Shown here: positions 37,894 through 46,508 of the stretch, in pieces
Layout: each line of letters opens with the position of its first letter
Position numbering within the stretch: the stretch's first letter is position 1
Assembly: GCA_965205485.1 (NCBI GenBank)
Contig: OZ242180.1
Location: 4,928,001-4,992,000, forward strand
Direction: 5' to 3'
DNA: 64,000 nt
Source of the DNA: Candidatus Latescibacterota bacterium
GTDB taxonomy: Bacteria > Latescibacterota > UBA2968 > GCA-2709665
Translations under genes and position numbers: made by a program
The notes under the pieces: generated by a model
The model's database searches: none
Seen by the model: only the letters and a program-made list of their open reading frames with translations
What the model was told of the DNA's origin: nothing

Positions 37894-38925
37894 CCAGTCA
37901 AAAGGAAACAGGATCAACTCGAGAACGCTGGCACGACGCAGCTTTACTTCGGCCACGAGTCGGTTACCGGGTATAAGAGGGGGCGCCGAATCGATCTTCA
38001 CAAGGACGCGTACGGAGGGATATCCCTTTCGCTGCACATAGCGTCGCACCGAATGAACCTGCCCCGAGAATTCAAATGAACTTTCCCACTGCGGCCAGAG
38101 ATCGACTTCCTGTCCTCGCCTGATCCAGGGAGCGAATTCCGCCGGGACGTGGCACTCGGCCAACAGAGGGTCCTCCGATCCGATCAACATCAGCGTGTCG
38201 CCCACGGCGGGAACCGCGCCCGCCTTGCGCAGGACCATCAGGATCCGTCCCGGTCCAGGCGCCCGCAGTGTATAGTGTCCCATTTCCCGGCGAACCATGT
38301 TGTATGCGGCTTCAGCTTCGGCAACTTCCGCATCCCTTGCCTTGAACGTGAAAAATGCCTTCTTGCGCAGGGGAGTTATCGGCCCTGACTTCAACAATTC
38401 CAACGCTGACAACGATTTCTCGATATGCATCGAGGCGAGGATCGAATCCGACTTTGCTTTCTCCAGATCGTCAGCGCTGACAAGTCCGCCGTGATCGAAT
38501 AACCGCTGTGCCATTTTCAACTGCCAGTTCGCCAGACGAGCTTTCTCCTTCGTTGCTTCCAATTCACTGCTGAGTCCTTTCAGTTCCTGTTCGGGAGGCG
38601 ACGCCTCCACGGCCTGGAGCGCGGCCCTCGCGGCCTCCCGCTCGGCCACGGAACGCTCGTAGGCTCGTCTTGCAACGGTGAGCCGGGATTCGGCAATGTC
38701 ATTCTTGAACGCAATCAGCGAATCTCCCGCCGTCACCAGTTGACCCTCCTCGACGTAGACCTTTGCGATCTGCGCTTCGACGAGCCCGCTTATCCAGATT
38801 TCTTTCTCGGGTACGATTCTTCCTGTGCCTTTTGCCACCTGGTCGATCTCCACAAACCATAGAACTGCGACGACGGCCAGAATGACCGCAAGGAAGCGCA
38901 GGACGTATTTGGAAGTACGCAGCAT
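37870..38925 (-). CDS. HlyD family membrane fusion protein
   Basis: N-terminal TM helix, VYVEEGQLVTAGD lipoyl half-motif, coiled coil, TLRAPGPG. Confidence 0.8.
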   Translation of the reverse strand: MLRTSKYVLRFLAVILAVVAVLWFVEIDQVAKGTGRIVPEKEIWISGLVEAQIAKVYVEEGQLVTAGDSLIAFKNDIAESRLTVARRAYERSVAEREAARAALQAVEASPPEQELKGLSSELEATKEKARLANWQLKMAQRLFDHGGLVSADDLEKAKSDSILASMHIEKSLSALELLKSGPITPLRKKAFFTFKARDAEVAEAEAAYNMVRREMGHYTLRAPGPGRILMVLRKAGAVPAVGDTLMLIGSEDPLLAECHVPAEFAPWIRRGQEVDLWPQWESSFEFSGQVHSVRRYVQRKGYPSVRVLVKIDSAPPLIPGNRLVAEVKLRRASVLELILFPFDWSIAGVSE

Positions 38926-38946
38926 GTTTTCAAAGCCCGCAGGAAA

Positions 38947-39768
38947 CTACGATCCGGTACTCTCGTATCTGTTGATGCCGACACACCAGAGCCTGTACGC
39001 CAGAAAGAAGCTTACGATGCCGACCAGTGGCGTCCCGTACTGGAATAACGGATCGAACAGAGTGATCCCATGGAATAATGGAGCGTCCGATTTGTTCAGG
39101 AAATCCTCCGCAGGGAAATATGCGACAAAGCCGTAGGGGATGACGAAAGTCAAGAGTACCTGCACCCATTTGTCGTACATGCCGAGAGGATAGTTGACAA
39201 ACCTCCTCAAACCGTAAATCGCCGTATCGACAACTGCCGCCGACCTCACGAACCAGAAGCTCATGGTCCCCGTCAGTACCATGATCGCGGCCTGGATCAA
39301 CGTGGCGCCAATCAGCACCAGCCCAAACCAGACCACGTTCATCCACGTCCACACAATGCTCAGGTTTTCGAAACAGATATGAAAGAACACGACGCCCAGA
39401 ACCATATGGGCCATGAAGGTATGACTGAAATCGCGGCAGATCAAGTTCGCGAAAGGGTTCATCGGATAGATTAAAATACTGTCGAATGAACCATCCTGAA
39501 CCATATACTCCAGACGGCGCATGGGTCCACGGAAAAACAGACTGCTTGCGCCATACGAAAAAAGATTGAGATTGTACAACAGCATAATCTCATAGAAATT
39601 CCATCCGTGTATGATTTTGAACTTATTCAGAACAATCCATACGCCCAGAAAGCTGATCAGATACACAACGATCGTGATGATCTGCGATGTGAAGAAATTA
39701 AATCTGTATTCGATCAGGGTCTTCATATAGACGACCAGGAATCGTCCATACAATCTGAGGCTGTCCAT
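38947..39768 (-). CDS. ABC-2 family permease (ABC2_membrane_6 / DUF990-like)
   Basis: EYRFNF, GSFDSILIYPMNP, YPLGMY and NRYESTGS motifs. Confidence 0.88.
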   Translation of the reverse strand: MDSLRLYGRFLVVYMKTLIEYRFNFFTSQIITIVVYLISFLGVWIVLNKFKIIHGWNFYEIMLLYNLNLFSYGASSLFFRGPMRRLEYMVQDGSFDSILIYPMNPFANLICRDFSHTFMAHMVLGVVFFHICFENLSIVWTWMNVVWFGLVLIGATLIQAAIMVLTGTMSFWFVRSAAVVDTAIYGLRRFVNYPLGMYDKWVQVLLTFVIPYGFVAYFPAEDFLNKSDAPLFHGITLFDPLFQYGTPLVGIVSFFLAYRLWCVGINRYESTGS

Positions 39769-39769
39769 C

Positions 39770-40570
39770 TCAACCGCCCTGTATGACCAGTTTTCTAACG
39801 GCCCTCATCCACAATATTCTTTCAATTCCCGCCAGAATTCCGATCCACAGAAATTGCTGGAGGATAAATCCGATTGCGTCGGCCAGGACTGTTTTCTCCA
39901 GAAATATCGCCAACGGCGCAAAATAGATGAGACGGAACGGGAGGAAAGCGGAAAGTTCGTAGAGGAAATCCGGGAAGAACCATAGCGGTACCATCTCACC
40001 CGAAAAAACGTTGATCAAAACGTTGAACAGCATGCTCAAGGATGTCACGGCAAGGAACCAGAATCCGATCAGTCCAATCAGATAACTGATCGAGAAATAA
40101 ATCATCATGCCGTTGATCGCGGAAATCACGAACAGGATTAGATAGGGTTCGGAGGGTAAGCGAATGCCGAACATCAGGATACCGACGATCAGAAATGGCG
40201 TCAACTGGAAGACCATCCTGAAGCCGTTGTTTCCAAGCGCATCGCAAAACAACATGCCTTTCAGACTCACCGGCTTGATGAGGTCCATTGCAATCTCCCC
40301 AGTCCTGATTCTGTCGTTGACCTTGAACACGGTCGTTGTGCTGATGGCAATGGAGATTCCGGTGCTGACAAGCGTGTACGTGACCATGTCCCGAAAGCTG
40401 ATGACTCCCATGTTCGTCTGTGTCTGACCGATATCCTGAAACAGCGCGCGCCAGAAATAGATCTGTACCAGAAGTACGACGATTGAACTTATCAGGCTCA
40501 GGAATACATTCATCTTGTAGGCAAGATTGGACTGGAAGGCGTTCTTGAGGAATTCAGTGTAGACTTTCAT
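39770..40570 (-). CDS. ABC-2 family permease
   Basis: IRTGEIAMDLIKP, SGEMVPLWFFP and VIQGG motifs. Confidence 0.88.
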   Translation of the reverse strand: MKVYTEFLKNAFQSNLAYKMNVFLSLISSIVVLLVQIYFWRALFQDIGQTQTNMGVISFRDMVTYTLVSTGISIAISTTTVFKVNDRIRTGEIAMDLIKPVSLKGMLFCDALGNNGFRMVFQLTPFLIVGILMFGIRLPSEPYLILFVISAINGMMIYFSISYLIGLIGFWFLAVTSLSMLFNVLINVFSGEMVPLWFFPDFLYELSAFLPFRLIYFAPLAIFLEKTVLADAIGFILQQFLWIGILAGIERILWMRAVRKLVIQGG

Positions 40571-40593
40571 ATCATAGCCGCCTCTAAGCCTGT

Positions 40594-41592
40594 TCAGTTG
40601 GTTCTGGCCAGGTACATCCTTCTGATTACTTCGTCAATTTCAGTCTCTCTGACGACAAAGTCCCTCACGCGACGTCGTTCCATGACCCAGCCTATTACGG
40701 CCGTGGAGTTGACTGTCGCCTTATTGTATTTTATCGATAACTTGCTTCCTTCCTGTTGAAATTCCGAGACCCCGAGTTGGTAAAGATCGTCCGGGTCGGC
40801 AACCGGCGCTTCGGTTTCGACGTCCAGGGTTTCGTCCATTCCGAATCGCTCTTTCAGTTGCTGCAGGTTGCCGTCGTACATGATGCTGCCGCTGTCGATC
40901 ACCATCACGCGTGTACAGAGCTTCTCAATGTCGGACATATCATGGGTGGTCAGGATTACCGTGGTGTCACGCTTCAGGTTTATCTCTTTGATGAAATCCC
41001 GTATGTTCTCCTTGACGACTACATCCAGACCGATCGTCGGTTCGTCGAGATAGACAATCGCAGGATCGTGCAGAAGCGCGGCGCAGATGTCCGACCTCAT
41101 TCGCTGACCGAGGCTGAGCTGCCTGACTGGCGTATTGATAAACTCTTTCAGGCCAAGGATTTCAGAGAATAATCCCAGGTTCTCCCGAAATCGTTCTGGA
41201 GGAATTTTATACATGTGTCTCATCAGACTGAATGACTCTGAAACCGGAATGTCCCACCAGAGTTGCGTTCTCTGGCCGAATACGACACCCATTCTTGCGG
41301 CGTTTTCGATTCTGTTCTCGTGAGGCACCAATCCGCCAACCTGTATATGCCCTGAATTCGGCACCAGAATCCCCACCAGCATCTTGATCGTTGTGGACTT
41401 GCCGGCGCCGTTCGGGCCGATATATCCCAGAACCTCGCCCCTCCCGATCTCGAACGAGACGTCGTCAACCGCCGTTATAGTCTCGTATTGCCGGCTGAAC
41501 AGTGCATGTACGGCTCCCAGGAACCCTTCCTTTCTCTTCTGCCTCTTGAAGGTCTTGGTTACGTTCTCGACACTGATCAGCGCTTTGTTCAT
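40594..41592 (-). CDS. ABC transporter ATP-binding protein
   Basis: GPNGAGKST, LSLGQRMR, YLDEPTIGLD and TTHDM motifs. Confidence 0.92.
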   Translation of the reverse strand: MNKALISVENVTKTFKRQKRKEGFLGAVHALFSRQYETITAVDDVSFEIGRGEVLGYIGPNGAGKSTTIKMLVGILVPNSGHIQVGGLVPHENRIENAARMGVVFGQRTQLWWDIPVSESFSLMRHMYKIPPERFRENLGLFSEILGLKEFINTPVRQLSLGQRMRSDICAALLHDPAIVYLDEPTIGLDVVVKENIRDFIKEINLKRDTTVILTTHDMSDIEKLCTRVMVIDSGSIMYDGNLQQLKERFGMDETLDVETEAPVADPDDLYQLGVSEFQQEGSKLSIKYNKATVNSTAVIGWVMERRRVRDFVVRETEIDEVIRRMYLARTN

Positions 41593-41930
41593 TTGAAATG
41601 TCCGATCTTGGTAAGTTCTCGAAAGGGCGACACGATTGTAGTTCAATGACCTATTGCGGCGCCGCGTTGTTCAGCCACAGCCAGATAGGCGGCAGTGAAA
41701 GCGCCGGAACTCGGAGGACAAGACAGGATCCGATTAATGGATCGCAGCCTTGAGACAATGGACGTTTATTCCTTTGAAATACACTGTCGTTCTGTCCATT
41801 TCCAGAGCGCTGAAAAATCGCGAACTCTTTAAACAAAGTTTCCTCTGTGTTTGCGGGAATATTCAGGTAATCGTCGCATAGAAATGTCGAATTAAGGTTA
41901 ATGTCGTTTCGTCAATCTCTATGGCAGACA

Positions 41931-41967
41931 AACAAAAAACCGCCATCGAATCGGCATCGATGGCGGC
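41931..41967 (-). terminator. Intrinsic terminator inside the ABC operon leader
   Basis: Minus strand GCCGCCATCGA-TGCCGAT-TCGATGGCGG-TTTTTTGTTT. Confidence 0.8.
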
Positions 41968-42218
41968 CTGAATATTTGCTATCTCTGAAATTATAACAAA
42001 CCGCATCGCGCCTTTCGTGTTTCGCCGTGCTTATCGGCCATGGTTACACGATAAAGTACCAAGATTGCTATCGGCAAATTAACGGAAGTCGAACACATGG
42101 GTGAATCCCTCGACAAATTACGTTACAAATTCCAAACGGTCTAACTTCGTGTCGGCTCGGCAACGGAGGGCAGAAGGCGGTCAATTTAGAGAGAGTAATC
42201 TTTCCGCCTCAGATGCAC

Positions 42219-42247
42219 AAGATATCGACTATGTTTGAAATTGTCAA
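42219..42247 (-). promoter_or_regulatory. Sigma70-like promoter driving the long leader
   Basis: TTGACA (42247-42242), 17 nt spacer, TATCTT (42224-42219). Confidence 0.65.
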
Positions 42248-42569
42248 GAATTACTGGAAAATTGGACTGATTACGAATTCGGTTCGAGGCAGAGTCCGCA
42301 CCGCAAACGTACGCAACAAGAGCGCGGGAGGCCGTAACTACTGCGGTTCCTTTCTTTGGGCGTCCAATCGGCTACGTGGTCAAATTCACTGCGGATTTTG
42401 CATTGAGGTTCAGCATTGAAGGCACGTTGAATGAAAGGCTTGATCGGAAGTGCCGGGTAGTGGGACAAGTGGTGGGTCATTGTGTTTGGTCTGCTTTTTG
42501 TCTTGCGCTGTTACTGGTGATGTAGCGGATGGAATAAAAACAGAGGCGTGCAGGTCGTACCTTTCACAC

Positions 42570-43673
42570 TCATGCTCGCTCCTTGTATCTCTTCGCTTCC
42601 TTCCTCGCAACCTCAAACGCGTTCTTTCCGCGCTTGTTGAGAACCGTCGGATCGGCGCCGGCCTCGAGCAGGGCTTCCGCAGCGGCGACCCGGCCCTCGT
42701 ACATTGCGCGATGGAGCGGCGTGCGTCCCTTCCGGTCCTGCGTGTTCAGGTCGACGCCGCGCTCAGCAAGCAGTCGTATTGTCTCCACCCTATTGCCCTC
42801 GGCTGCCAGCTGCAGCGGTGTGCGCCTCGCCTTGTTCAGGGCGTCGACGTGGACGCCGCAGGCCAGCAATATCTCCGTACACGCCTTCGACCCGGCACGC
42901 ACGGCCCAATGCAGCGGCGTCATTCCATAGCCATCGGCTGCGTTTGCGACGTCCGGGTCCCGTTCAATGAGTTCATTCAGTCGAGAGGTGTCGTCGAGGG
43001 CGCACGCCGAGTACACGTCGTAGTATGCCCCGTCTTCGATGAGGATCCGCGCAACCGCCAGCCCGCGTTCCTGCCACGATCCGTCCTTTCCCCCGGGACT
43101 CGACGCGACGGCCTCCTGAAGGGAGGTCGTTCCCCGTTCGCCGTTTCCCTTGATTGGAAGTTCATGGTGAACGCCGGCGCCGTACTGAATGAAGAGGCGG
43201 GCACAGTCCGGATACCACCCGGCGGCCGCCCAGTACATCAGCGAGAGGTTGTCGGGCCACCCCACGTGCGGTTTTTTAATCGATACGCACGTCGCGTCCG
43301 CCGCGCCCGATTCGAAGACCGCCCGCAGCGTATCGACCATCCCTCCCCACGCCGCCTCGTGCAGGACGTTGTAGGACGAACCGTCGATCTCGAGCGCCAC
43401 CCCGCGTTCGAGGAGGAACGCAACCGCAGGCCCGCACCCCCTCATTCCGATCAGCACCTGCAGCAACCGGCCGCCAATGCGCTTCAGAACCTGAGGCTCC
43501 GCAGCAAGGATCTCCGACATACGCTCGATCTCGGGTTCTCCCTCCCAGCGTTTCGGCGCCGGCCCCATCGATGCCGCGATGAACTGCTGCTCAACGGTCG
43601 TGAGATCCAGTTTCGCTTCGTGGCGCAGGAACCAATTTTTTTCGAAGAGGCTTACTGACTGTGTTGTCTTCAT
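42570..43673 (-). CDS. Ankyrin repeat protein
   Basis: GMTPLHWA, RTPLQLA and GRTPLHRA ankyrin repeats. Confidence 0.9.
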   Translation of the reverse strand: MKTTQSVSLFEKNWFLRHEAKLDLTTVEQQFIAASMGPAPKRWEGEPEIERMSEILAAEPQVLKRIGGRLLQVLIGMRGCGPAVAFLLERGVALEIDGSSYNVLHEAAWGGMVDTLRAVFESGAADATCVSIKKPHVGWPDNLSLMYWAAAGWYPDCARLFIQYGAGVHHELPIKGNGERGTTSLQEAVASSPGGKDGSWQERGLAVARILIEDGAYYDVYSACALDDTSRLNELIERDPDVANAADGYGMTPLHWAVRAGSKACTEILLACGVHVDALNKARRTPLQLAAEGNRVETIRLLAERGVDLNTQDRKGRTPLHRAMYEGRVAAAEALLEAGADPTVLNKRGKNAFEVARKEAKRYKERA

Positions 43674-44045
43674 TGTTTCGCCCTCACGTTATCCAATCCC
43701 GGTCGAAGAAAGCAACACTCGAAATATACCCAAAAGGGTCGGCAGTTTCCCAGTTCTTTTGAGTATACCCGACTCCCGCGTCCGTGACAGGTGTGGACGG
43801 ATCTTTCCTTCCGAAATGACAGCTTTGAACGAATTGTACGCCATCGCCGACGGATTGGTGTCGCGATATGGCGAAGCGCCCTTGTTTCAACTGTAAACGG
43901 ACCTCTCTCGTCCTAACGGAACGGCGTTTGCTTATTGGTCACAGCACGCGAACTGACAGTTCGCGTTACGGTCGGTATCTGTATTCGGGCGTGAGTTACA
44001 GAAAGTCGGCGTCCACCCACGGACCTGCGGAAGGATAACGACAAT

Positions 44046-44735
44046 ATGGAAGTACTGATACGAGGCCGCGGAATCGACGGCGTCGCGGACGTGGACCTTC
44101 CTCGCGAGAAACTGGAACGGCTCGGCGCCGAAGCGTTGAGAAACGAGGAATTGCTGGCGGTGCTGCTGCGGACCGGGTATGAAGGCAAGAACGTGCTGGA
44201 GGTCGCCGGGGAGATCCTGAAACAGCACTCGCCGCAGGCGCTCATGGCGATGGGACTGGCGGAATTGACGGCAATCAAGGGAATTGGCCGCGCAAAGGCC
44301 GCGGGCCTTGTCTCCGGGTTCGAGCTGTCGAGGCGGGCGTTGAACCAGGGGATGGGCATCGAGCCGTCGATAACGAAACCGGCCGACGCGGTCGGGCTGC
44401 TGTCGGAATTCAAGGACCGGCGAAGAGAACACTTCGTGGCCGTCTTCCTGAATGCCAGGAACCAGGTCATCTGCAGGGAGGAGGTGTCGGTGGGATCGCT
44501 GAACGCGTCGCTGGTTCATCCTCGCGAGGTGTTTTTCCCCGCCGTAGGCTCGTCCGCGGCCAGCGTCATCCTCGCGCACAACCACCCTTCCGGCGACGTG
44601 ACGCCCAGCCGGGAGGACATTGAACTGACCCGGCGGATGGTGCAGGCCGGTGAAATCATGGGGATCGAAGTACTGGATCATATCATTCTGGGGGCCGAGC
44701 GGTTCCTGAGCATGAAGGAAGCGGACCTGTTCTGA
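44046..44735 (+). CDS. radC: RadC family JAB domain protein
   Basis: PREKL, VHPREVF and AHNHPSGD..PS.ED motifs. Confidence 0.93.
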   Translation: MEVLIRGRGIDGVADVDLPREKLERLGAEALRNEELLAVLLRTGYEGKNVLEVAGEILKQHSPQALMAMGLAELTAIKGIGRAKAAGLVSGFELSRRALNQGMGIEPSITKPADAVGLLSEFKDRRREHFVAVFLNARNQVICREEVSVGSLNASLVHPREVFFPAVGSSAASVILAHNHPSGDVTPSREDIELTRRMVQAGEIMGIEVLDHIILGAERFLSMKEADLF

Positions 44736-45016
44736 ATAAGCCAAAGGGAAGGCGCATCGCGAATTGCACGCGACACGCCCGTTCTCCGGGTGACGATAAT
44801 GGAAGGGCATCGGTTCGTTCCGGCAGGACGGCCTTGAATCCTGTTTCACAAGACGGCCTGACATGCGTTATATTGTGGACATCGATACCTGGCATCAATT
44901 GGAAAAAATACAACTGCCAATCGGTCAAAAAGAGCCTGAATGCGGGCAATCTCTCCCCTCTCCCGTCCTTCTCACCCGGTGGTCGGGCGGCCGGGGGTGA
45001 GGTGTGGAGGTGTGTT

Positions 45017-45802
45017 TTGGCCGTGATTACGTTGACAACGGATTTCGGGCTTCGCGACGGCTACGTGGCAGCGATGAAGGGCGCGATCCTCGCGGTCGCG
45101 CCTGAGGTCTCTCTGGTGGATGTTTCCCATCAGGTCCCCCCGCAGGACGTGGCCTCCGGGGCCTATCTCCTGGCCGGCGCATATTGCTATTTTCCGGCGG
45201 GCGCGGTCCATCTCGCGGTTGTGGACCCCGGTGTGGGAAGCGCCCGCCGCGGGATTGTGGTGGAAACGGCAGGCTACCGGTTTGTCGGTCCGGACAACGG
45301 ATTGTTCAGCGCCGTGTTCCAGCGGGAATCCGAGTGGAACGCCGTTGAGATACGCAATGCGGCGTATTTCAGGCCTGAGGTGAGCCCCACCTTTCACGGC
45401 CGTGATATCTTCGGTCCGGTCGCGGCCCATCTGTACAACGGCGTCCCGCCGGCCGACCTGGGACCGCGGATCGCCGATCCGGTCCGTCTCGACCTCTGGA
45501 CGGTTCAGGAAGGCGATGCCGGGGTAATCGGGAGGATCGTACACGTGGACCATTTCGGAAATGCGATCAGTAATCTCGAAAAACGGAGCGTGGGGGGCGG
45601 CGATGTCCGCGTCCGTGTCGGAGAATGTGTGTTCGACGGAATCTGCCACACGTATGCCGACGTTCCGGAGGGCGAGGCGCTGGTCCTGTATGGAAGCGAC
45701 GACACGCTGGAGGTTGCTGTAAACGGAGGGAATGCCGCCAGGAAACTGGGGTTGCGAAGGGGCGATCGGATAACCGCGGACTTCGGACCGGATTACGTTT
45801 AA
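45017..45802 (+). CDS. SAM hydrolase / chlorinase-fluorinase family (DUF62)
   Basis: ITLTTDFG, VVDPGVG, GPDNG, TFHGRDIF and DHFGN motifs; TTG start with GGAGG RBS. Confidence 0.88.
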   Translation: MAVITLTTDFGLRDGYVAAMKGAILAVAPEVSLVDVSHQVPPQDVASGAYLLAGAYCYFPAGAVHLAVVDPGVGSARRGIVVETAGYRFVGPDNGLFSAVFQRESEWNAVEIRNAAYFRPEVSPTFHGRDIFGPVAAHLYNGVPPADLGPRIADPVRLDLWTVQEGDAGVIGRIVHVDHFGNAISNLEKRSVGGGDVRVRVGECVFDGICHTYADVPEGEALVLYGSDDTLEVAVNGGNAARKLGLRRGDRITADFGPDYV

Positions 45803-45815
45803 TCTCTCGTTCATC

Positions 45816-46508
45816 TCAGAGCAGCAGGTCCAGCAGGTCCTTCAGGCGGTTCAGTTCGTGGTCCGGTCGTTCCTCGGGGGTTCCAGGGCGCTTGTCTTTC
45901 TGTCTTCCGAAACACAGACGCGCCGTGCGCATGCCCAGGCGTTTCGACGCGGCGATTTCCGAGTTCAGCTTGTCCCCCACCGACAGGATACGGCAGGGTG
46001 AAAGGTTGAAATACCGGGCCGCCCGTCGAAGCGCCTCGTCTTTTTCGGGGGCCCTTCGGTCGTCGTGGAGGATGAGCGTGCCTGATTCCTCGCTGAAATG
46101 GCCGCGAAGGCCCAGGAGGTCCACCTTCCGTCGCTGCCTCTCCGGCCGGCCGGTGGTCACGAGGCACAGCCGGTATTGCCGGGCAGTAAGTTCGTCGAGC
46201 GTTGAGAGCGCGTCCGGAAAGGGCGCGATGTCTTCCACCTGGTCCCGATTGTACGCCGAAAGCGCGCTTTCCACCACGTCCGCCGGCAGTTCGTGGCGTT
46301 GGGCGATTTCCCTGATGGAATCGGCGGAACTCAATTGACCGGCGAGTTCCGCCTGCAGGCGTTGCAGGGCCGGCGCGTCTGAACCGGGAATGGCCGCAGA
46401 AAGCGTTTCAGCCGCACGGCGGCGCGCCGGTTCGGTCAATTGCCCGGTGCAGTCGAACAGCGTGTCGTCCAGGTCGAAGATGACGGCCTCAATCCCGCGC
46501 CGCGCCAT
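45816..46508 (-). CDS. HAD family hydrolase
   Basis: FDLDDTL motif I, VGD motif. Confidence 0.85.
   Translation of the reverse strand: MARRGIEAVIFDLDDTLFDCTGQLTEPARRRAAETLSAAIPGSDAPALQRLQAELAGQLSSADSIREIAQRHELPADVVESALSAYNRDQVEDIAPFPDALSTLDELTARQYRLCLVTTGRPERQRRKVDLLGLRGHFSEESGTLILHDDRRAPEKDEALRRAARYFNLSPCRILSVGDKLNSEIAASKRLGMRTARLCFGRQKDKRPGTPEERPDHELNRLKDLLDLLL

Noticed and set aside
41651..41836. 61-aa ORF as a RiPP precursor for the ABC/HlyD exporter
   Set aside because: Weak TTG start, no leader motif and no modifying enzymes nearby
42285..42385. Possible c-di-GMP-I-like riboswitch on the plus strand (GGCAGAG...GCCGTAACTAC)
   Set aside because: Key GNRA/receptor and GCAAA motifs match poorly and there is no downstream co-oriented gene
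45017..45802. Halogenase (fluorinase/chlorinase) call
   Set aside because: The motifs fit the widespread DUF62 SAM hydrolase (D...HGRD); nothing supports halogenation
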